Shown piece by piece: positions 1 through 4,519 of a DNA stretch of 4,519 nucleotides. Below the pieces are notes generated by a model. That model was not told where the DNA came from. It did not search any database and saw only the letters and a list, made by a program, of their open reading frames with translations. The DNA is from a virus. Lineage: Duplodnaviria > Heunggongvirae > Uroviricota > Caudoviricetes. The DNA is taken from the IMG/VR virus record IMGVR_UViG_2734482581_000010, one strand, 5' to 3'. A program made the translations under genes and the position numbers. Numbering within the stretch: the first letter of the stretch is position 1; each line of letters begins with the position of its first letter.

Positions 1-60
1 CTCTCGTCTGGGGAATATCTCCCCGGCAGCCTTCAGGGAAAAATATCATCAGATGGCTGC

Positions 61-414
61 TTAAAAAAAGAACAAATGGTAGTGTCCGCTATTGCCAGTA
101 CACCTCAATTGCTCTGCGGCTTCGCTCAGAGCTGGCGTATGTTCCCGGCCTACTGATTCACACAGGTAATCAACGAAACCGGACACCAGTTTTCGTTCGC
201 GAGGCGTGATCGCCCCACCGACCGGAGTCCAGTAATCGAAACCCAGTTGCAGGAGTTTGAAAAAACGCTTGTGGAATGCGTAGTTACACACACGCTTAAA
301 GTCTGCGTGTATCCACTCACCTATTTTGATTTGATGCAGAAAATCGCAACTCTCCGGCGTCGCCGGGAGAAGTAATCCGGAAGAGGTTTGTTTGACCAGT
401 TGTATATGTGCCAT
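61..414 (-). CDS. hypothetical phage protein, about 117 aa from ATG 414..412 (the ORF track's longer version starts at an in-frame TTG at 456)
   Basis: Open frame on the minus strand. The ATG at 414..412 has GGAG about 8 nt upstream and lies 38 nt after the stop of the upstream gene. The TTG at 456 overlaps that stop but has no better ribosome-binding site. The C-terminus reads ...HLFFF from a T7 run (A7 on + at 63..69), so the 3' end may be affected by a homopolymer error. No recognisable family. Confidence 0.45.
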   Translation of the reverse strand: MAHIQLVKQTSSGLLLPATPESCDFLHQIKIGEWIHADFKRVCNYAFHKRFFKLLQLGFDYWTPVGGAITPRERKLVSGFVDYLCESVGREHTPALSEAAEQLRCTGNSGHYHLFFF

Positions 415-452
415 CGGCTTTCTCCGGTGGCACGGTGTTACACAGCAGGAGT

Positions 453-740
453 TCAATCCTGCTCAAGATTGTAGATGAGTTTATTCTTCAGCAAAAGCAG
501 AAAACCAGCCTTAAAACCAATCTCTTTCAAAACCCGTAATGATGTGACAAATTCGTCCTCACGCAAAATAAAACCGTCCGTCAGAAGTCCATTACAAAAA
601 TAAAATAACACAGCACCGCTCTTCCTTTGTTGAGATTGCAAACATCTAATGCGGCAATGGCTGACAATCGCTCCATTCTCAACGCGCACAGCATAGAGGC
701 CATTTTCACTAAAAATTTCACGCAATTCTTCGATTTTCAT
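453..740 (-). CDS. hypothetical small phage protein (95 aa)
   Basis: ATG at 740..738 preceded by GGAAGGA about 8 nt upstream; stop TGA at 455..453. Same strand and close spacing with the neighbouring gene. No recognisable motif. Confidence 0.5.
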   Translation of the reverse strand: MKIEELREIFSENGLYAVRVENGAIVSHCRIRCLQSQQRKSGAVLFYFCNGLLTDGFILREDEFVTSLRVLKEIGFKAGFLLLLKNKLIYNLEQD

Positions 741-861
741 CTTCAGAATCCTTCCAGATAAATAGCTCTCCCCTGTTCGGGGTCCATCCCTCTTCTCCCT
801 GCGCGCTACTTAAGTGAGTCGATTCTATCTGCGAAGGTGCGCGAATCAAATTCACCGGAAA

Positions 862-914
862 TAAACAACAAAAAACCCGCCGAAACGCTGAGAGATCACA
901 GCGATGGGCGGGTT
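862..914 (-). terminator. intrinsic terminator at the 3' end of the hok-family transcript
   Basis: Minus-strand RNA reads AACCCGCC-(inner CGCUG/CAGCG stem)-GGCGGGUU followed directly by UUUUUUGUUGUUU: a GC-rich stem-loop plus U-tract. It lies about 75 nt downstream of the hok stop. Confidence 0.55.
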
Positions 915-989
915 AAGTGCGGGTGCGTTGAGGATGCCTGACACATCAGAGGTGGGCGGGGATGGGATCAGCTCCCCGCCCGGTCACTC

Positions 990-1145
990 TTACTTCCTGG
1001 ATTCGTAGTCTACGAAGACAGCGACCTCCGTCTGGCCGGTTCGGATTCGTACCTCACAGAGGTCTTTCCTCGTTACCAGTGCCGTCACTATGACGGTTAA
1101 ACAGATGACGATCAGGGCGATTAACATCGCCTTTTGCTGCTTCAT
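990..1145 (-). CDS. hok: Hok/Gef-family type I toxin (51 aa, HokC/HokD-like small membrane toxin)
   Basis: Translation MKQQKAMLIALIVICLTVIVTALVTRKDLCEVRIRTGQTEVAVFVDYESRK has the single hydrophobic helix and the conserved LCE-R-R-G--EVA-F--YE core that I recall from Gef/RelF/Hok proteins. ATG at 1145..1143 is preceded by AAGGAG with a 9-nt spacer. Confidence 0.85.
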   Translation of the reverse strand: MKQQKAMLIALIVICLTVIVTALVTRKDLCEVRIRTGQTEVAVFVDYESRK

Positions 1146-1202
1146 AGCCTGCTTCTCCTTGCCTTTCGGCATGTAAGAGGCTAACCTACATGTGCAAAGC
1201 AT
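990..1202 (-). CDS. mok: Mok-like overlapping leader ORF (70 aa, in-frame N-terminal extension of hok)
   Basis: ATG at 1202..1200 with GAGG about 8 nt upstream. The N-terminal extension MLCTCRLASYMPKGKEKQA resembles the in-frame Mok leader of chromosomal hokC-type loci as I recall it. Whether it is translated is an inference. Confidence 0.5.
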   Translation of the reverse strand: MLCTCRLASYMPKGKEKQAMKQQKAMLIALIVICLTVIVTALVTRKDLCEVRIRTGQTEVAVFVDYESRK

Positions 1203-1258
1203 GAAATTGGCCTCAGATTAATGTTAAGCGTCTTGCCGGACGCGTAATGTTAACTGGG
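1194..1258 (+). ncRNA. sok: putative Sok-like antisense RNA (position approximate)
   Basis: Hok-family loci carry a short antisense RNA across the mok translation-initiation region. On the + strand there is a weak promoter-like pair, TTGCCT (1159..1164) and TAACCT (1182..1187) with 17-nt spacing, pointing into the mok start, and an imperfect hairpin TTAAGCGTC/GACGCGTAA at 1223..1246. The ends are not determined from sequence. Confidence 0.25.
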
Positions 1259-1321
1259 GCTTTTCTCTATCTGCCTTTTGGTGTTCATGCCTGAAGCAGA
1301 TAGCCTCAAGCACCCGCAGTC

Positions 1322-1351
1322 ATTCTACTTACCTCGCCAATATGAAATCAA
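1322..1351 (-). promoter_or_regulatory. putative sigma70 promoter of the mok/hok mRNA
   Basis: On the minus strand: -35 TTGATT (1351..1346), 18-nt spacer, -10 TAGAAT (1327..1322). The predicted start near 1315 lies just upstream of the sequence GCUUGAGGCU, which matches my recollection of the hok mRNA 5' end. Confidence 0.35.
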
Positions 1352-1372
1352 TCAGAAAGGTGCCCCATAAAA

Positions 1373-2059
1373 TCACTCCTTCTCTTCTTTACCGTAGTGG
1401 AGTTGACCAATTTTGATAAGAGGGCGTCCCTGAGATTTGCGGTGTAGATTGGTATCGCGCAGAGAATACACACAGCCACAATATTCCTGCTGATAGAATT
1501 TTTCGCGCTTGCTGATTTCAATCATACGGGACGAGCCGCCCTGCTTGCGCCAGTTATAATCCCAGTACACCATGCCCGGATAATGCGCGACGGCTCGCCG
1601 CCCACAGTCGTTAACCTGCTGCATATTTTTCCAGCGTGAAATGCCCAGTGAACTGCTGATCACACTGAAACCATTTTCAGCGGCGTACAGCGCTGTCCGC
1701 TCAAAACGCATGTCAAAACACATGGTGCAACGGATCCCTCGTTCGGGCTCCCATTCCATTCCTTTGGCTCGTTCAAACCAGTTGTCTGTGTCGTAATCAG
1801 CATCAATAAACGGCACGCCGTGTTGTTCAGCAAAGCGAATATTCTCATCCTTACGAATTAAATACTCTTTCTGAGGATGAATGTTCGGGTTGTAGAAAAA
1901 GATGGTGTAGTCGATTCCCGAGGCCTGAAGCGCCTCCATCACCTCACCGGAACATGGAGCACAGCAAGAGTGCAGTAGTAGTTTGTTTGCCCCGTTTGGG
2001 AGCTCCAATTTGGGCCGTTTGAAATCAGCAACTGTCATAAATATGTTTATTGGGGTCAT
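1373..2059 (-). CDS. queH: QueH-type epoxyqueuosine reductase homolog (DUF208 family)
   Basis: 228-aa ORF with the N-terminal [10 protein letters not shown] motif, internal CTMC and C-terminal QEYCGC motifs characteristic of DUF208/QueH. No clear Shine-Dalgarno before ATG 2059 or the in-frame ATG at 2038, so the start is uncertain. Confidence 0.8.
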   Translation of the reverse strand: MTPINIFMTVADFKRPKLELPNGANKLLLHSCCAPCSGEVMEALQASGIDYTIFFYNPNIHPQKEYLIRKDENIRFAEQHGVPFIDADYDTDNWFERAKGMEWEPERGIRCTMCFDMRFERTALYAAENGFSVISSSLGISRWKNMQQVNDCGRRAVAHYPGMVYWDYNWRKQGGSSRMIEISKREKFYQQEYCGCVYSLRDTNLHRKSQGRPLIKIGQLHYGKEEKE

Positions 2060-2206
2060 AAAAATATCAAAGAGTGTAGCATTAGAACGGGGCTATCGGA
2101 AACAGATGTGTGACTGCTCCCCGCCCTTTCGGGTGGTCTCCTGATGATTTGAGGGTGCAGAAATCCCTCCGGTTAAGGATTAAATTTTTAACAGTGCTAA
2201 ATTTAA

Positions 2207-2563
2207 TTATTCAGTTCTGGATTTTGTCGCCCTGCGTATCCGCGCTTTCGCGTTACGCTCAATCTGTATCAGCTTTTCTATATTTCTCCGCCTTTCCTGT
2301 TCCTCCTGGCGCAATAGCCTTACATCATCTGCCAGTCTGGTTTCTCTTTTTGCCACAGAGAGCATCCAGTCAAACGGCTCCACAACCGCACCGCAGATTT
2401 TACAGCGGACCTGACGCTCTTTTTCGTCAACCCGTACAGAGGCGTGATGGCAATATGGTCTTTCCGATGGCTCATAAAGAAAATTAACCTGATTACGAGG
2501 GTCATCCTCTTTTACCGGAAATAAAACGATATTGCTTAACTCATCTTCTGGTTTTATTTCCAT
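2207..2563 (-). CDS. hypothetical protein with Cys/His cluster and basic coiled-coil-like C-terminus (119 aa; alternative ATG at 2620 gives 137 aa)
   Basis: ATG at 2563..2561 is preceded by AAGGAGAGGAG. Translation has YCHH...(11)...CKIC, a possible zinc-binding site, followed by a charged, heptad-like segment RLLRQEEQERRRNIEKLIQIERNAKARIRR. The upstream ATG at 2620 abuts the stop of the preceding gene and has a poorer ribosome-binding site. Confidence 0.55.
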   Translation of the reverse strand: MEIKPEDELSNIVLFPVKEDDPRNQVNFLYEPSERPYCHHASVRVDEKERQVRCKICGAVVEPFDWMLSVAKRETRLADDVRLLRQEEQERRRNIEKLIQIERNAKARIRRATKSRTE

Positions 2564-2620
2564 GCTCCTCTCCTTTGATGCGAATGCCAGCGGTAATTGA
2601 AGCCTGATAGCTAATTTCAT

Positions 2621-3043
2621 TCACAGTATCGCCTCCTGAAAATTACCCTGATAGAAAGCCAGTACACGCTGCATAGCTTCGCTCTTCCGGCACTCGCGAC
2701 AGATTATATTCAGGCGCCTGTCGTAGCGGCGTATTTCTCCGTCAGGTAATGACCAGATAAGGTCCGGATCAACAACAACCGGTTTCCTCACCTTTACTCT
2801 CGAGAGTTTTTTGCGGGCGCTTTGCCAGTCCTTGCGAGCCTGTTCAGACGGGAATAAGCCGTAGCCAGAATTATATACATCACCACTTGCGACCAGTTCT
2901 ATGCATAAGCGACCGACAGACGCACGACTGATACCTGTTTCATCTGACAACTGCCGAATCGTGACCCGACCGTCCTGATGCACGAGTTCCACAATTCGCG
3001 TCTTCAGTTCTTCCCGCTGTTCGGGAGTAAAAGGTTTCGCCAT
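2621..3043 (-). CDS. hypothetical protein with N-terminal helix-turn-helix-like segment (140 aa)
   Basis: ATG at 3043..3041 with AGGAGG 4 nt upstream, 14 nt after the DnaC-like stop. The segment VTIRQLSDETGISRASVGRLCIEL looks like an HTH recognition unit. Family not recognised. Confidence 0.6.
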   Translation of the reverse strand: MAKPFTPEQREELKTRIVELVHQDGRVTIRQLSDETGISRASVGRLCIELVASGDVYNSGYGLFPSEQARKDWQSARKKLSRVKVRKPVVVDPDLIWSLPDGEIRRYDRRLNIICRECRKSEAMQRVLAFYQGNFQEAIL

Positions 3044-3057
3044 AAATCCTCCTGAAA

Positions 3058-3711
3058 CTACTTAACAACCCTCGAATGGCTAACATTCGGACGCCAGCTC
3101 TCCCAGTTAAAATTCACCCAGCGCCCGNNNNNNNNNNNNNNNNNNNNNNNNNNNNNNNNNNNNNNNNNNNNNNNNNNNNNNNNNNNNNNNNNNNNNNNNN
3201 NNNNNNNNNNNNNNNNNNNNNNNNNNNNNNNNNNNNNNNNNNNNNNNNNNNNNNNNNNNNNNNNNNNNNNNNNNNNNNNNNNNNNNNNNNNNNNNNNNNN
3301 NNNNNNNNNNNNNNNNNNNNNNNNNNNNNNNNNNNNNNNNNNNNNNNNGATAGCTGCCGCTAAGTGATTCTTCCCGGTACCAGGTTTTCCGCTGAACGCA
3401 AAATTTGTACACCCGGTCATCAGTTCATCGGCGATGGATTTCGCCTGGCTTAACGCGTATCGCTGGCCGTCGTTCTGCACCTGGTAATTCGCAAACGAGC
3501 ATTTACGGTGCAACGGCTGGATGCCTGAGCGATTCAGAATTTTTTCCACCCGCAACTGGCGATTCAGGCGGTTGATCTCCTCGCTACGTTTCTGGCCTTC
3601 AGCAAGTTGCCACTCGCGCCACTCCGCTACCGTTCTGAATGGGGCGGTTACATGTGGCGGGGTCAGTCGGCGGATGCGTTCCAGAACGCCGCCTGTCGCA
3701 ATATTTTTCAT
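3058..3711 (-). CDS. dnaC: DnaC-like replicative helicase loader (AAA+), phage-type; CDS interrupted by the N gap
   Basis: The N-terminal 121 aa align with my recollection of E. coli DnaC (NRSGIQPLHRKCSFANY vs NRSGIRPLHQNCSFENY) and include Walker A FSGKPGTGKNHLAAAI. The C-terminal WVNFNWESWRPNV matches the DnaC tail WVIFNWDSYRSRV. The middle of the gene falls in the 221-N gap, so length and frame across it are not real. Confidence 0.85.
   Translation of the reverse strand: MKNIATGGVLERIRRLTPPHVTAPFRTVAEWREWQLAEGQKRSEEINRLNRQLRVEKILNRSGIQPLHRKCSFANYQVQNDGQRYALSQAKSIADELMTGCTNFAFSGKPGTGKNHLAAAIXXXXXXXXXXXXXXXXXXXXXXXXXXXXXXXXXXXXXXXXXXXXXXXXXXXXXXXXXXXXXXXXXXXXXXXXXXGRWVNFNWESWRPNVSHSRVVK
3128..3348. 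other. run of 221 N (assembly or scaffold gap, or masked region)
   Basis: Directly visible as n characters. It lies inside the DnaC-like gene. Confidence 0.98.
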
Positions 3712-4110
3712 GGTCCGTTACCCCCTGAAGCCTGGCGGGATCGCACTGTCCGGCAACGAGACGGTGTTAACCTGTCGGAGCAACGTCTCAGGCCGAACAC
3801 CTTTCGGCGCGAACAGGCCCTGGTATTCATTGGCGATGCTGTGTCGAATCACCTGCTCAGGTGTAAAACCCTGCTGACGGAATTTTTCCAGTTCCCGTAT
3901 CGCCCCGTTAGCGCCCTGCTCCGTTCGAATCGGTTTTCGCAATGCCTGTCTGAACCGGACCCACTCATGCCAGAGTGTTTCCGGCAACCAATCGGGCAGC
4001 TCAATAGCCTCCGGCTCGAATTTTTTAGACGCTCGTTTTTGGCGAGGGGGAGATCAGTATTTAGATCTTCCTCTTCCTCTTCCTCTGGTAACGCTTTTTG
4101 ATCCGTTTGT

Positions 4111-4129
4111 GTAACGCTGGCAGCGTTAC
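4111..4129. repeat. 19-bp dyad-symmetric site GTAACGCTG-G-CAGCGTTAC (iteron-like)
   Basis: Perfect 9-bp inverted arms around one central base, read directly from the sequence. A GTAACGC half-site also occurs at 4088..4094. Confidence 0.45.
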
Positions 4130-4318
4130 CTTTTCGTTTCAGTTCGCGTATTTTTGTTACTCGCTCGTTTGTAACCGCCCGTTTTTTTTAGAGCTTTTTC
4201 CGTTATGACGTTCAAAGTTAGGTAGAGAAAGCCCTCCGTCATTTTCGACCAGCCATCCAACCTGAATTAACGCATCAGCAAAACCAGACATAAAAGTGAT
4301 GCGATCTATTGCACTTTT

Positions 4319-4339
4319 TGTAACGCCGCGAGCGTTACA
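4319..4339. repeat. 21-bp dyad-symmetric site TGTAACGC-CGCGA-GCGTTACA (second copy of the same motif)
   Basis: Perfect 8-bp inverted arms with the same GTAACGC-N5-GCGTTAC core as 4111..4129. Related GTTAC-N10-GTAAC at 4156..4175 and a TTAACGC half-site at 4267..4273. Confidence 0.45.
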
Positions 4340-4394
4340 ATCTGCATTACCGTCTATCATTTGTTGATCCGCCCATGCCCAGAAGCGAATAACC

Positions 4395-4519
4395 TGAGGT
4401 AGCCTGAGTTTAACGGACACTCCTTCCTGAAATAGAATGGCATCAGAAGGAGCTAATAATGAGCAGAAAAACCCAACGTTACTCTAAAGAGTTCAAAGCC
4501 GAAGCTGTCAGAACGGTTC
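4395..4519 (+). mobile_element. left end of an IS3-family insertion sequence (partial; continues beyond the window)
   Basis: Terminal sequence TGAGGTAGCCTGAGTTTAACGGACAC starts with TGA and has GGACAC at positions 21 to 26, the same layout as the IS3 left inverted repeat as I recall it. It is followed 64 bp later by an OrfA-type start. Confidence 0.75.
4459..4519 (+). CDS. IS3-family transposase OrfA, N-terminal fragment (continues beyond the window)
   Basis: ATG at 4459 preceded by AGAAGGAG with a 6-nt spacer. Translation MSRKTQRYSKEFKAEAVRTV matches the N-terminus of IS3-family OrfA proteins; I recall this exact start from an IS600-like element but cannot verify it. Confidence 0.8.
   Translation, partial: MSRKTQRYSKEFKAEAVRTV

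Larger units (their letters stand above)
3718..4394 (-). pseudogene. lambda-O-like phage replication initiator (partner of the DnaC-like loader), disrupted: two frame changes and a 5' end abutting an IS
   Basis: Three consecutive minus-strand frames carry protein-like sequence: an N-terminal part FWAWADQQMIDGNADCNARGVTK...GWLVENDGG (ends at stop 4157..4159), an acidic linker ...KALPEEEEEEDLNTDLP, and a C-terminal part FEPEAIELPDWLPETLWHEWVRFRQALRKP... (to stop 3718..3720). Adding one base in the T8 run (4182..4189) and one in the G5 run (4046..4050) joins them into a single ORF of about 225 codons. The upstream end runs straight into the IS terminal repeat at 4395. Gene order (initiator then DnaC-like) is standard for lambdoid replication modules. 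Confidence 0.6.

Noticed and set aside
1-49. Possible start of a further minus-strand gene (ATG at 49..47) running off the left edge
   Set aside because: No ribosome-binding site and only 16 codons are visible; it may instead be a frame-shifted continuation of the 61..414 gene. Not enough sequence to call.
1660-1848. 62-aa minus-strand ORF inside queH
   Set aside because: It is an alternative frame fully nested in the QueH-like gene, which has conserved motifs in its own frame.
2161-2190. AATCC...GGATT hairpin followed by AAATTTTT as a terminator
   Set aside because: The stem is only 5 bp and AT-rich, and the T-run is on the + strand where no gene is transcribed toward it; on the minus strand no U-tract follows the stem.
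2110-2487. 125-aa ORF on the + strand
   Set aside because: It largely overlaps, antisense, the minus-strand gene at 2207..2563 that has a strong ribosome-binding site; the protein is low-complexity with no start context. Treated as a shadow ORF.
2320-2505. 61-aa minus-strand ORF
   Set aside because: Alternative frame nested inside the 2207..2563 gene.
3076-3412. ORFs running through the N gap on either strand
   Set aside because: Translations consist mostly of X from the N run and carry no information.
3521-4101. + strand ORFs of 118 and 164 aa
   Set aside because: They are antisense to the DnaC-like and initiator genes, whose products are recognisable; the poly-Ser tail is just the complement of the Glu-coding hexamer repeat.
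4046-4189. Programmed ribosomal frameshifting in the initiator
   Set aside because: It would need two successive shifts with no recognisable slippery heptamer plus stimulatory structure. Indels at homopolymers, whether real or from sequencing, are the simpler explanation.
4157-4420. GTG start at 4420 giving a standalone 87-aa ORF
   Set aside because: The GTG lies inside the IS terminal repeat and the AGGA upstream is too close to serve as a ribosome-binding site. I read this as the first segment of the disrupted initiator, not a separate gene.
1-4519. tRNA, rRNA or CRISPR arrays
   Set aside because: No direct repeats with regular spacers and no tRNA-like cloverleaf candidates were noticed by eye. 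This was not scanned with software, so small RNAs could be missed.

Overview
All credible genes except a terminal IS fragment lie on the minus strand and look like the early-right arm (replication module, then a nin-like accessory region) of an enterobacterial lambdoid prophage. Reading right to left: the left end of an IS3-family insertion sequence (inverted repeat starting at 4395, OrfA start at 4459) abuts a lambda-O-like replication initiator gene. That gene is broken by two frame changes at homopolymer runs and carries GTAACGC-N5-GCGTTAC dyad repeats next to T-rich runs, which I read as a candidate origin. Next come a DnaC-like helicase loader interrupted by a 221-N gap, two small uncharacterised genes (an HTH-like protein and a Cys/His plus coiled-coil protein), a QueH-type (DUF208) epoxyqueuosine reductase homolog, a complete hok/gef-family type I toxin-antitoxin locus, and two more small hypothetical genes. 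No tRNA, rRNA or CRISPR array was seen. Everything was done by eye and hand translation; no database search or folding was run, so family calls rest on recognisable motifs and recalled sequences.
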